A model generated the notes under the pieces. That model had not been told where the DNA came from. It did not search any database and saw nothing but the letters and a program-made list of their open reading frames with translations. From Malacoraja senta (lineage: Eukaryota), in contig CM075991.1 in NCBI GenBank assembly GCA_038087875.1, forward strand, positions 11,534,001 through 11,598,000: 64,000 bases of DNA, given 5' to 3'. This document shows positions 37,346-50,088 of this stretch, piece by piece. Position 1 is the stretch's first letter. Every line of letters starts with the position of its first letter. The position numbers were made by a program, and so were the translations under genes.

Positions 37346-38304
37346 CACACTCACTCCTCTGCCCTCTCTCCCCCCCCCCCCCACCCGCGCTGGATCCAGT
37401 ACGATATTCCCCCACTGGGCCCAGTGCTGTCTGCCCCCTCCCCCATACACTGGATGCAGTGCTGCCCACCCCATCCCCGTACACCCCTTCCCCTGCCGCA
37501 GAGTGTGGGCTGCAGGGCCCGTTGACTCAGAGCGGCGGTGGCTGGCGGTGAGCCAGGGCGAGAGAGTGGGGAGGGAATCAGTCACGGTGACACAGAGTTT
37601 TCTAAATTGCCCAGATGTCATTGTTACAAGGAAATATTACAGCGGTGTAGAACGGCGGGCACAATTTATTAACGCTCTTTGACTTCTTTTATCGCAGTCT
37701 CATATCAGGACTGCTGAGAAGCACAAAAGCTAGTCTACAAATGGAGTGCACTCAGTCGCCCTGTGTTACACAGCCCCTACAATGAAATATAATTTGTCCC
37801 TCTGCATCTAATTATCTGTCAAGCTCCCAAACGTTTGTTTTCTAAATCACCGCCTCAGCCGCAGATTCACCAGTTCGCAAGAAACAGCATCGGGAGGAAC
37901 TGCGGATGCTGGTTTAAAACCGAAGATAGGCACAAAAAAGCTGGGAGTAACTCAGCGGGACAGGCAACACCTCTGGAGAGAAGGAATGGGCGACGTGTTA
38001 AGAAGGGTCTCGACCCAAAACGTCACCTATTCCTTTTCTCCAGAGAAAGAAAGAACCTGGACCCGGGCAGCGAGCTGAATGCAGGGCAGCGATCTGCATT
38101 GGTCAGCCACAGGTCATCGAATCATAGTGATACAGTGTGGAAACAGGCCCTTCGGCCCAACTTGCCCACACTGGCCAACGTGTCCCAGCTACACTAGTCC
38201 CTCCTGCCCGCATATGGTCCATATCCCTCCAAACCTGTCCTATCCATGTACCTGTCCAAATGTTTCTTACATGTTGGGATAATCCCAGCCTCAACTACCT
38301 CCAT

Positions 38305-39030
38305 ACACCCAGACACACTCACAAATGCATATACATACACTCACACAAACACATATATCACACAGACACACACACACACACACAAACACATATACATACA
38401 CTTACTAACACACACACACACACAGATACACTCACACGCACACACACAAACACATATACATACAGTAAACTCACATACACACCGACATACAGACACACAC
38501 ACAAACACACATAGACACACACACACACACGCACATACAAACACATATCACACAGACACACACACACACACACACAAACACATATACATACACTTACTAA
38601 CACACACACACACACACACAAACTCACACACACTGACATACAGACACACACACACACACACATAGACACACACACACACATACAAACACATATATCACAC
38701 AGACACACACACACACAAACTCACACACACCGACATACAGACACACACACAAACACATATATCACACAGACACACACACACATACAAACACATATACATA
38801 CACTTACTAACACACACACACAGATACACTCACACACACCGACATACAGACACACACACAAACACACATAGACACACACACAAACACATACCACTCACAC
38901 AAACACTACACACACAAACACATACACAAACAGGTATACATCCAATCACTGACACAGCCACTTGCGCTCACTCACACACACATAGACACACAGAGGAACA
39001 CTCACTCACACACACACACACACACGCGCG
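38305..39030. repeat. Compound (CA)n-rich repeat with higher-order duplicated blocks
   Basis: The block CACTTACTAACACAC recurs three times. Confidence 0.95.
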
Positions 39031-39568
39031 CACGCATGGTGTAGTATCACTCAGCTATCACGCCTCATTCTGGCAGCTTTTATTGCAGCTGAAATAAATA
39101 GTGGCCAATTAAACTTTATAGCTGAGAGATGGGCACCAAATTTATCGCAGTGTCGCTCTAAGTGATTATATGTGGCAGTAATGGACTGGTTGGGGAGCAA
39201 TGATTCAACTGTGGATTTGTTTTGAGAGCTGAATTTTTTGTTTGAAATGATAATTTAAAGTGATGTTGTGCTGTGTGTGTGTGTGTGTGCGTGTCACAAA
39301 CGAGCCCGTCACAGAGAGTAGCGGCCTGCCTGCTTCCCAACTCTGCTAATTACTCAGCTTTCGTTTCAAGGCCTTGGATTTTACATAATCGCGGTTGTTA
39401 AAGCCTCACACAGGTCTCCGGGCGGACACCAAAAGCCGGAGTAACTCAGCTGGACCGGCAGCGTCTCTGGAGAGAAGGGATGGGCGACACTTGTTCAGAA
39501 CCGGAAAACGTCACCCATTCCTTCTCTCCAGAGATGCTGCCTGTCCCGCTCAGTTACTCCGACATCTT

Positions 39569-39820
39569 AGGTAGACAAAAGTGCTGGGGAAACTCAGCGG
39601 GTGCAGCAGCATCTATGGAGCGAAGGAAATAGGCAACGTTTCGGGCCGAAACCCTTCTTCAGACTGGAGGAAATAGGCAACGTTTCGGGTCGAAACCCGG
39701 AAGGGTTTCGGCCCGAAACGTTGCCTATTTCCTTCGCTCCATAGATGCTGCTGCACCCGCTGAGTTTCTCCAGCACTTTTGTCTACCTTCGATTTTCCAG
39801 CATCTGCAGTTCCTTCCCAC
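39569..39820. mobile_element. Palindromic Penelope-derived hammerhead element
   Basis: Inverted arms, one extra 44-bp unit, central GAAACCCGGAAGGGTTTC junction. Confidence 0.75.
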
Positions 39821-40295
39821 AACAAACCTTTGGCAATGCCCATGGGTCTCAGCCCAGGAAGTGCCTGTTAACCCTATAAGCATCAACTGTGTTGCAGGGA
39901 GATTTCTGATCATCTTCACCCTGGAATGGATTGGACCGGAATATTTTATTGTCACAGGTGACAAGGCACAGTGAAATTCTTAGCTTGCATGCCCGAGGTA
40001 TGCAAATAGCTGCTATGTAAAGGGCGCTGACAATGGTACAAAGTACTTCCTTTGTGCTTTCCCCCCCCGCCCCCCTTCACGGCGGTCCCCCCCACAACCG
40101 GGTCCTCCAATGTTCTTCCCCTCTTGCCCTCCTCACGGTGGTTCCCCCGCACCCTCATCGACCGCCGACCGCCAAAGACCCGCGAGGCTTCACCACCACA
40201 CCCTACCCCTGTGGGTGGAGTGCCTTGCAAGGCGTTGAGGCTGCAGTGTCCGTTTAACAGGGGGGTTGTGGAGTGGGGGAGATGGCGCAAATGCC

Positions 40296-41297
40296 ACAGA
40301 GCCTCTACTTCCTTGGAGGACTTTGGAAGTTCGGCATGTCCCCAACAACTCTCACCAACTTCTACAGATGCGCCAAGGAATAGGCATTTTATCGGGAAGC
40401 ATCGCAGCACGGTTTGGGAACAGCCCCATCCAAGACCGCAAGAAATTGCAGAGAATTGTGGACGCAGCCCAGACCACCACGCAAACCAACCTCCCTTCCA
40501 TCGACTCCATCTACACCTCACGCTGCCTCGGCAAAGGCCAGGAGCATCATCAAGGACGAGTCGCACCCCAGCCACTCCCTCTTCTCCCCTCTCCCATCGG
40601 GCAAAACGTACAGAAGTGTGACAACACACACCTCCAGATTCAGGGACAGTTTCTTCCCAGCTGTTATCAGGCAACTGAATCATCCTACCACAACCAGAGA
40701 GCGGTCCTGAACTACTTTCTACCTCATTGGAGATCCTCGGACTATCTTTGATCGGACTTTGCTGGCTTTACCTTGCACTAAACGTTATTCCCTTATCATG
40801 TATCTATACACTGTAAATGGCTGGATTGTAATCATGTATTGTCTTTCTGCTGACTGGATAGCACACAACAAGAGCTTTTCACTGTACCTCGGTACAGTGC
40901 TTAAGGGGTTGGACAGGCTAGATGCAGGAAGATTGTTCCCGATGTTGGGGAAGTCCAGGACAAGGGGGCACAGTTTAAGGATTAAGGGGAAATCCTTTAG
41001 GACCGAGATGAGAAAAACATTTTTCACACAGAGAGTGGTGAATCTCTGGAACTCTCTGCCACAGAGGGTAGTTGAGGCCAGTTCATTGGCTACATTTAAG
41101 AGGGAGTTAGATGTGGCCCTTGTGGCTAAAGGGATCAGGGGGTATGGAGAGAAGGCAGGTACAGGATACTGAGTTGGATGATCAGCCATGATCATATTGA
41201 ATGGCGGTGCAGGCTCGAAGGGCCGAATGGCCTCCTCCTGCACCTATTTTCTATGTTTCTATGTTTCTAAGTGACAATAAACTAAACTGTACTAAAT
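40296..41297 (+). mobile_element. Rex1/Babar-like LINE 3' end with 3' UTR, interrupted by CR1 (40899-41268)
   Basis: Frameshifted ..FGMSPTTLTNFYRC..DRKKLQRIVDAAQ..LPSIDSIYTSRC..ARSIIKDESHPSHSLFSPLPSG..RFRDSFFPAVIRQLN. The 3' UTR recurs at ~13825-14052, 23715-23835, 26105-26578 and 55505-55885. Confidence 0.75.
40899..41268 (+). mobile_element. CR1 LINE 3' fragment
   Basis: [23 protein letters not shown], with an octamer tail. Confidence 0.9.
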
Positions 41298-41401
41298 GAA
41301 GAGCCTTCAAAGCACTGATCTGCATCCCCTCGCGCGGTGGAACCTTCCTGAAAGCATAGCCAGTGGTTAGTCAGTCCCTAAGTTAGTTGTCCACTCTAAA
41401 G

Positions 41402-41950
41402 TACGGCTGTACTTTTTGAGAAGGCTCCACTCCTTCAACGACTGCAGTGAGATGCTGCAGATGTTCTTCCAATCGGTGGTGGCCAGTGCCATCTTCTTCG
41501 CTGCCGTGTGCCGGGGCAACAGGGCGAAGGCCGCGGACACCAACAGGATCAACAAACTCATCAGGGAGGCTGGCTCCATCCAGGGGGTGGTTGGATTCAT
41601 GGGAGGTTGGTCTTGGAGGGGAGGATGCTCCTGAAACTGTGGAGCGTCCTGGACAATACAGCTCACCCCCTCCATGACACACTGGTCAACCTGAGGAGCA
41701 CCTTCAGCAACGGACTGGTTCCACCAAGATGCAGCATAGAACGCCACAGGAGATCCTTCTTCCCTGTGGCTATCAAACTGTACAACTCCCCCCCCCCTTC
41801 TGTCATGGCGTATACTAACTCCCCCCCCCCCCAATCTTTGCACATCCCCAATCCTTTCCACTCGTCACTTTAATTTCATGTTTCATACATCTTGTGTTTT
41901 TATGATCAATTTCCCTCCTGGGATAAATAAAATTCTATCGTATCGTACCG
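41402..41950 (+). mobile_element. Second Rex1/Babar-like LINE 3' fragment
   Basis: RLYFLRRLHSFN..MLQMFFQSVVASAIFFAAVC..NKLIREAGS..HPLH..RHRRSFFPVAIKLYN, with a (TATCG)n tail. Confidence 0.7.
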
Positions 41951-42659
41951 TACATCATACACCCACTCTCCACACTCTGTGTATTGAAGCGACATTCTCA
42001 ATTAAAGTGCTTCAACGAGAGGCCGTGTTGTTAACAGATTAATTAACAAGCTCTTTGCTGGAGTACAACAACTCACTTGCTGTTGTGCTGACAAGAAGAA
42101 CAAAGCAGGGCTGATTATTACTTTAATTAAGTGCCCTGTCTCTCGAAATCCATGGAGCAATGCCCAGGGTGTTTCATCCACCGACTTGGCCGAGGAGGTT
42201 GCCTTGTGATTGATTCTCGCGATAGAAGGCCACGTGACAGGGCATTGTGTAAACGTCACCAGAAAGATTATATTTCACTAATATTGTGCCTTGTTGTCAC
42301 CTTCCCCTCAGCTAACAATGAATCATTCCACATTTTCCTTGCTCAACGTCCCCCTTGATCTGTCGTTTTCACACCTTACTCTTCCATATCTCTATGTCTA
42401 CCTCCCACCCCCCGGCTCTCAGTCTGAAGACTGGGTGACGTTTCGGGTCGAGACCCTTCTTCAGACCGTGTCTCAAGTCAAGTCAAGTCAAGTCTATTGC
42501 CAAATGAAAAGTGGCAATGTTCGCGGACTTTGTCCAAAAAACAAACAAACTACAAACAGAATGGAACAGAATCACATATTCTTTTACATATTACATATTG
42601 CGGGAGGAAGGAAAAAGGGGAAAAAAAAAAATCTCGTTAGACATGCCCTGTCCCACCCC

Positions 42660-43100
42660 AGTCGCAGTGACCACTGCCCAGTCCATCACCGGCTTTGACC
42701 TCCCCACCATCGAAGCGATCTATCGAAGTCGCTGCCCCGAAAAGGCAGCCAACATCATCAGAGACCCCCACACCATCCTGGCCACACACTCATCTCACCC
42801 CTGCCATCGGGAAGAAGGTACAGGAGCCTGAAATCTGTAACGTCCAGGTTCAGGAACAGCTTCTTCCCTGCAGCCATCAGGCTATTAAACACGGCAACAA
42901 ATAAGCTCTGAACTGCAACAGATTATTATTATTATTGCACTATATTTATTTATTTATTGAGTATGTATGCATGTGTACACACACTGAATTTTTTTCCGGA
43001 CGTTATGTACTATGTTTACATATTCTGTTGTGCTTTAGCAAGTAAGAATTTAATTGTCCTATCTGGGACACATGACAATGAAACACTCTTGTCTCGTGAC
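42660..43100 (+). mobile_element. Rex1/Babar-like LINE 3' fragment
   Basis: TAQSITGFDLPTIEAIYRSRC..KAANIIRDP..LPSGRRYRS..RFRNSFFPAAIRLLN, plus 3' UTR. Confidence 0.7.
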
Positions 43101-44534
43101 TCTTGTAAAGTACCCCAGTGGTTCAAACCCTCCCCCTCCCCCTCCCCCTCCCCCCCCATCCCAAACTTCAATGAGGTATTAACCAAAGTACTAGTTTAGT
43201 TTAAATATACAGCGCGGAAGCAGGCCCTTCGGCCCACCCAGTCCATGCCGACACACTAGCACTAACCTACACACTGGGGACAACTTACTATTTACAAAGG
43301 GCCAATTATCCTACAGATCTGACAGTGCTGGAGTGACTCAGCAGGTCAGGCAGCATCTGTGGAGGAATAGGCAACGTTTCTGATCGAGGCCCTTATTTGA
43401 TATAAACTAAGTCTAGACTTAAAACTTACTTCTACTCACAAGCGTTTCTTGAGGTCCTCTGAGGGAGCGCTGTATGTATGTATTTATGTATGTATTGTTA
43501 GATCTATGTACCACTGTATGTAGCATGTTAGTACCTGCACTTTGGTCAACGAGAGTTGTTTTTACATGTGCTATAGAAATAAAATTGACTTGACTTGACT
43601 TGAAATGCCTCGTTGTGATTCTTTCATAAGTTCATCTCGCAGAGGAGCAGAATGAGGCCATTTGGCCCATCAAATCTACTCCACCATTCAATCATGGCTG
43701 ACCTATCTTTCCCTCTCAACCCCACTCTCCTGCCTCCTCCCCATAACCGCTGACACCCGTACTAATCAAGAATCTGTCAATCTGTCCATTAAAAATACCC
43801 AGTGACTTGGCCTCCACCGCCTTCTGTGGCAACGTCAACGTGGTTTATCCCTCAACTCCGAGGCCAAGGATGGCTGGAGATCACCACCTGGTGACATGCA
43901 TGAGCATGTTGTGACAGGTGTAACACGTGTGACCACCTGGTGACATGCATGAGCATGCTGTGACATGTGTAACATGTGTGACGGTGTGGTGACATGTTCC
44001 GCTTTGAGGAAGGACGTTTGTTGGAGAATCCAATGTTCATTCTGTTGGGCCGTCAGGTCATAAGTGCTCGGAGTAGAATCAGGCCAATCGGCCCATCAAG
44101 TCTACTCTGCCATTCAGTCTGAAGAAGGGTCTCGACCCGAAACGTCACCCATTCCTTCTCTCCAGAGGCGCTGCCTCACCCGCTGAGTTACTCCAGCATT
44201 TTGTGTCTACCTTTGATTTTACCAGCATCTGCAGTTCCTTCTTACACATTGCGAGCTATGTGCCACCTCTCCCTCCGAACCCCATTCTCCTGCCTTTGAA
44301 GAATTTGAAGCAGGGTCCTGACTGGGAACAATATTTGTCCCTCTCCCTCCACAGATGCTGCCTGACCCGCGGAGATCCCCCAGCGCTTTGTGTTTTCCTC
44401 AGGATTCCCGCCTCTCCGCTTCAGTCATGCCTGCCCACGGTGGCGATACCTGGAGCCCTGTCGCAGGTTGGCCCGGCTCTGGGGCACCTCCGTCACCCTG
44501 GGCCGTCCAGGAGCAGGAGGGCGTCTCCAGAGAT

Positions 44535-44970
44535 GTAGAAACATAGAAACATAGAAAATAGGTGCAGGAGGAGGCCATTCGGCCCTTTGAGCCAGCACCG
44601 CCATTCATTGTGATCATGGCTGATCGTCCCCAATCAATAACCCGTGCCTGCCTTCTCCCCATATCCCTTGATTCCACTAGCCCCTAGAGCTCTATCTAAC
44701 TCTCTCTTAAATCCATCCAGTGATTTGGCCTCCACTGCCCTCTGTGGCAGGGAATTCCACAAATTCACAACTCTCTGGGTGAAATTTTTTTTTCTCACCT
44801 CAGTCTTAAATGGCCTCCCCTTTATTCTAAGACTGTGGCCCCTGGTTCTGGACTCGCCCCAACATTGGGAAAATTTTTCCTGCATCTAGCTTATCCAGTC
44901 CTTTTATAATTGTATATGTTTCTATAAGATCCCCCCCTCATCCTTCTAAACTCCAGTGAATACAAGTCTA
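44535..44970 (-). mobile_element. CR1 LINE 3' fragment
   Basis: Reverse complement of the family at 4928-5553. Confidence 0.9.
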
Positions 44971-45386
44971 GACCCTGGGACTGACCACGGAGAAGCACTT
45001 GCAGAATGATGAGCCGAGGCTGAATTAAAAATCCCTTCTCCAGTCTCCATTCCAGCCCATTTGTCACAGGAGGAAGGACCCGTTGTCCAATTAACACCGC
45101 TCTGGATCATCGGTGCTCATCTCAGTCCTGCTGTATCGCCCGTCGGTAGAAGCGCTGTAGAAAGTGCTAATTAAACTCAAACCATTACTCACCCTAATTA
45201 GTACACGCCATCCTCCCAATCCCTTTGTGAGAGGGTTTTAGTCAGCAATGGAGCGATTCAACGATATTTAGGAGTGGACGGACAATGAAGGTTTCCCTGT
45301 GTTGCTGGGTGGACGGTTCACAGACACTCTCTCTGCAGAACCTAGTCCATCACATGTACTGACCTCCCCACCATCCAAGGTCCAAC

Positions 45387-45916
45387 TTTAGCGGCCTGTG
45401 TTCCACGTGTACATGGAGCGTGTGAGGTTGCAGCCCCTGTTCCAATATCCACAGGGGGCTGCTCCTCGCCTTCTGGCTGCACTTCACACCCACCACCCTC
45501 ATCTCTGGACACCCTGTGCGTAGGGGAGAGGGTTTAGGGCTGAAGATGTCCTGGTTGAGGTTGCTCCTGGGCCTGGCCAAGCTGGCCATCCGCGAGTCAC
45601 GGCGCCAGGCGGAAGAGGGCTCTGCCCGAGCCGGCTGCCTGCCCCTTTTCCGGGGTTACGTCCGTGCCCGGGTGGTGTTAGAGAGGGAGGATGCGCTGTC
45701 CACGGGCGCCCTGGGGGATTTCTGGGACCGCTGGGCACCGCGGGGGGTGGAATGTATCCTTGACAAGGATGGGGATATAGTTGTATGGTAGTTTATTCAG
45801 TATTGAAGAATATTTGTTTGACTTGTATTATGGTGGTGGGTTTTGTTTTGATATATTTCATACTGTACACATAATTGTAAGTAATTGAATACATTATTTT
45901 TGGTTATATAAAAAAA
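45387..45916 (+). mobile_element. Tx1-like (L1 clade) LINE 3' fragment
   Basis: ...FHVYME...LLAFWLHFTPT...LLLGLAKLAIRESRR...FRGYVRARV...FWDRWA..., then an AT-rich UTR and short A tail. Near-identical 14-mers at 45371-45384 and 45918-45931 may be a TSD. Confidence 0.7.
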
Positions 45917-46484
45917 TCCATCGAAGGTCCATCACAGTTCAAGACTAAAAACTTAGCTATACTCCCAAGCCTTTCCTGACGTCCTCTGAGTGAGGGCTAC
46001 ATGTATATATGTATGTAGTTTGTTTTGTTTGTGCTATTCTTATAACAAATGTAAAGCACTTTGGCCAACGAGAGTTGTTTTTTAAATGTGCTATATAAAT
46101 AAATGTGACTTGACTTGAGTTGACTTGACCTCACTACTTACTGTATGGGGGGTGGAGAGGCCGCTGGCAGAGAGGGGGCAGGGAGAACTGGTGAAGGTGA
46201 GAGTTGAACGTTGCCGTCACTGGGCTAGCACAGCCGGGATTGTGAGGCCATTCATCCGGGACCTTGGCAAACCGCGAGCAGCATTGTAAAGGGGCGAAGG
46301 ATGTAAACAATGCAACAAGCAGGCCGAGCCGCCATTAATCAGCGCAGACTCTGACCTGAGAAATTCCCAGTAATCGGCCCTGTCACCGAGAATTGATGAG
46401 GCCTGTTCTCCAGGGCTGGGTGACCTTGGGTTGTAGCTGAGCTCCCTCTCACAATCCATGCACGGCTCACGGGCAGAGCTTGTG

Positions 46485-46805
46485 GGAAGGGGGCAGAGGG
46501 AGGAGAGAGGCAGAGGGAGTGGGGCAGAGGGAGGGGGCAGAGGGAGGGGGGCAGAGGGAGGAGAGAGGCAGAGGGAGTGGGGCAGATGGAGGGGGGCAGA
46601 GGGAGGGGGCAGAGGGAGGGGGGCAGAGGAAGGAGAGAGGCAGAGGGAGGGGGCAGAATGCGGCTGGGAGGGAGGGGGGTAGAGGGAGGGAGGAGAGAGG
46701 CAGAGGGAATGGGGCAGAAGGCGGGTGGGAGGGGGGCAGAGACTATGAGGAGGGAGGGCCGTGAGAAGGCGAGAGAGAGGAGCCGAGGGAGGAAGGGGGG
46801 GGGAG
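46485..46805. repeat. Purine-rich GGGGCAGAGGGAGG repeat
   Basis: Seen directly. Confidence 0.9.
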
Positions 46806-46894
46806 GGCGGGGTAAGAGGGTCCTGAAGGAACTCCACCAATTGGAATGTGGATCTCATTGCTTCCCTGTTAATGATCAGAACTGCTCACACCCT

Positions 46895-47235
46895 CCTTGT
46901 GACCCCTGCACTCTCGCCCTCTCCCTGTGACCCCTCACCCCTCACCCTGTGACCTCCACCCCAACGTGTGACCCCTGCACCCCCTTCCCGTGACCCTTCA
47001 CCCCCAACCTGTGACCCCTGCACCCTTTCCCGTGACCCCTCACCCCCAGCCTGTGACCCCTGCACCCCATCCCTGTGAACACTCACCCGCAACCTAAGAC
47101 CCCCCACCCATCTCCCTGTGACCCCTCACCCTGTGACCTCCCACCCCAGCCCTGTGACCCCTCACCCTATGACCTCCCATCCCTATCCCTGTGACCTCCT
47201 CGCCCTATGACCTCACACCCCTTCCCTGTGACCCC
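46895..47235. repeat. Degenerate CTGTGACCCC minisatellite
   Basis: Seen directly. Confidence 0.85.
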
Positions 47236-47606
47236 GGGCTCCCAGCACCATTTGCAGTTCCCTTTCTCAGTAAGGCTCGCTCTGCACACTTAGGCCGAGG
47301 CCATTTTCCAGCGGGCCGGCAGGTGACCCCGCGATTCAGAGGCCCGGTGATCTGCCTCATGTATCCCCTCCACATGCCAAGAAGCCTCAGATCCTGCACA
47401 TTCTGCAGAAAAACCCTTTCTGCAGTGGTTTCATTAAAACCAACTCCCTTAGTCCCCGCAGCCAGAGGGCTGGGCCTGGAATGGCCGTGACATTGCGGCT
47501 CCACTCTGCTGTCATTAGTCTTGACAAATCATTTACTGAAGAAGCCAGCATAATTGAATTCATTTACTGCCTGCCTATGTATTCATGGGAACATTACTTT
47601 TAATAA

Positions 47607-47999
47607 GATAGACACAAAATGCTGGAGTAACTCAGAGCGGGACAGGCAGCATCTCCAGAGAGAAGGAATGGGCGACGTTTCGGGTTGAGTCTGAAGAAGG
47701 GTCTCGACCCAAAATAGCACCCATTCATTCTCTCCAGAGATGCTGCCTGTCCCGCTAGTTACTCCAGCACTTTATGTCTTTTCTTGTAAACTGGCATCTG
47801 CAGTTCCTCCTGTCTACACGATGAAACAGTGTGTATACGAGAGTGAGACAGACACAGAGAGAGAGACAAGTCTGAAGAAGGGTCTCGACCTGAAACGTCA
47901 CCCATTCTTTTTCTCCAGAGATGCTGCCAGTCCGGCTGAGTTACTCCAGCATTTTGTGTCTATTTTAGGTTTAAGCCAGCACCTGCAGTTCCTTCCTAC
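47607..47999. mobile_element. Penelope-derived hammerhead element (inverted plus tandem arms) with 16-bp TSD
   Basis: ACATTACTTTTAATAA at 47591-47606 and 48000-48015. Two CTGAAGAAGGGTCTCGACC cores inside. Confidence 0.8.
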
Positions 48000-48219
48000 A
48001 CATTACTTTTAATAAAATGCTCTTTGCGTGCGTTCTCTGAGTTTGACTCTCCTCTCATTTACGTGACCCCTGGAGTTGTCCATCAGTTCATGGTCTGATG
48101 CGTGTTCTGCTCCCACTAACCACGCATGTGGCAGAGAAGCCCTCCCCTCCTGCCCCCAGCCCAAACACCCCTCCCTCCGCACCTCGTAAGGAGGAACAGC
48201 ACCTCATTTCTGTTCCTCG

Positions 48220-48850
48220 CACCGAGTCCGCGCCGACCAGCGATCTCCGCACACTAACACTACCCCACACAAACCAGGGACAATGTTTACATTTATACCA
48301 AGCCACCGAACCTACAAACCTGTACGTCTTCGGGGTGTGGGAGGAAACCGGAGATCTCGGAAAAAACGCAGGCAGCTCACGGGGAGAACGGACAAACTCC
48401 GTACAGACAGCACTACATCATCTAGAAGCCGCGGACTGCGGTGCCTCCAACTGCGGGCACGGCGGGGACTTACCATCCGGAGCGGGATCCCTCGTCGGGG
48501 ATCCCTGGAGAAGAGCTCCAACCGCCGGCCCGCGGCCTACAACAGCTTGAAGCCGCGGTTTGCGGTGCTTCCACGGGGGGACAATGGAGGAGGACTGACT
48601 AAACGTTGTGCCTTCCACCACAGTGATGAATGCTGTGGTGGATGTTTTTGTGTTAAATTTTTTTATTGTGTATTGTGTGTTCTTCTTCATTGTAGCGCTG
48701 CTGGCAAGTTCATTTCACTGCACTTCATTGTGTCTGTACGAATAAATCTGACTATTGACTTCTGACTATTGACCCGTAGTTGGGATCGAACCCAGGACCC
48801 ATGGCTCTGCCGTTGTTAGACTGCAACTCTACCGCTGCACCACCGTGCCG
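48220..48850 (-). mobile_element. tRNA-derived SINE (minus strand) split by another dispersed repeat (48415-48772, plus strand)
   Basis: Reverse-complement head at 48772-48850 and body at 48220-48415. The insert's 3' part (GGAGGAGGACTGA..TGCCTTCCACCACAGTG) recurs at ~1370, 20720 and 26320. Confidence 0.7.
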
Positions 48851-48902
48851 CTCATATGGCGCTGGAGTCGTTTACAACCCAGCAGGAACATTGAATTCTC
48901 CA

Positions 48903-49398
48903 ATAACCATATAACCATAACAGCACGGAAACAGGCCATCTCGGCCCTTCAAGTCCGTGCCGAACATTAAAAATTTTTTTTTTTTTAATTAAAAATAAAA
49001 TACTTCCTCCTAGTCCCATCTACCTGCACTCAGACCATAACCCTCCATTCCTTTCCCGTCCATATAACCATCCAATCTATTTTTAAAGGATAACATCGAA
49101 CCTGCCTCCACCACTTCCACTGGAAGCTCATTCCACACAGCTACCACTCTCTGAGTAAAGAAGTTCCCCCTAATGTTACCCCTAAACTTCTGTCCCTTAA
49201 TTCTCAAGTCATGTCCCCTTGTTTGAATCTTCCCTACTCTCAATGGGAAAAGCTTATCCACGTCCACTCTGTCTAACCCGCTCATAATTTTAAAGACCTC
49301 TATCAAGTCCCCTCTTAACCTTCTGCGCTCCAAAGAATAAAGACCTAACTTGTTCAACCTTTCTCTGTAACTTAGTTGCTGAAACCCAGGCAACATTC
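48903..49398 (-). mobile_element. CR1 LINE 3' fragment, distinct subfamily
   Basis: LSYRERLNKLGLYSLERRRLRGDLIEVFKIM..TRGH..FFTQRVVAVWNELP, with a (TTATATGG)-like tail. Confidence 0.9.
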
Positions 49399-50017
49399 TT
49401 GATCACGGGCTGGACTGCACATGTTAGGTCACGGGCTGGACTGCACAGAACAAGCAGAGGACAGAAGGGGTCGGGGGGTAGCGGGAAGCTAATGGGGAGG
49501 GGAGGGGGTGGGGAGGAAGGACACATTGGCTGGCAGCAATCCCCCTCCCGCCCCCTCCCCCCACCACTCACACTGTCACAGCACCCTGCCAACATCACAG
49601 GTTCAAACTCAAAGCCATTCCCGGCAGTAAATGAAAAGCTTTTATTTTTAGATTACAGGAGATTTACTACAACCCAGGAGAATAATTTCCAGAGAGAAGG
49701 AGGTTGTCTTAACACCGAATAAATCGAAAGAAATTAGATGCCTTTTAATTTGCATCCTTGTCAAAGGCCGACTCAGGCCACTGCCAGTGGAGCGGGTGCT
49801 GTGGGATCTAATGAAGCTAACCCCCACATTACACCCTCCCTACCTCTAGATAGTGTCGTGCTTTAATAAACCGCACCACAGCCAGGGGAACGATGGTGGC
49901 CTCGGCTACCCGGCTGTGCAGAAGCCCCAGCCCTACACCAGGGAACGGCACTGGCACTGGCACCGACCGGCGATGTGGCAGTCCTCGCCTGGTGGGGGTT
50001 TGTTGGGAACCTGGTTC

Positions 50018-50088
50018 ATCATGGTACATCATGGTACATCATGGTACATCACGCTACATCACGCTACATCACGGTACATCACAGTACA
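50018..50088. repeat. 10-bp tandem repeat (ATCATGGTAC / ATCACGCTAC)
   Basis: Seen directly. Confidence 0.85.

Noticed and set aside
38137..38714. His/Thr-rich and Cys/Val-rich ORFs
   Set aside because: They are translations of the CA repeat.
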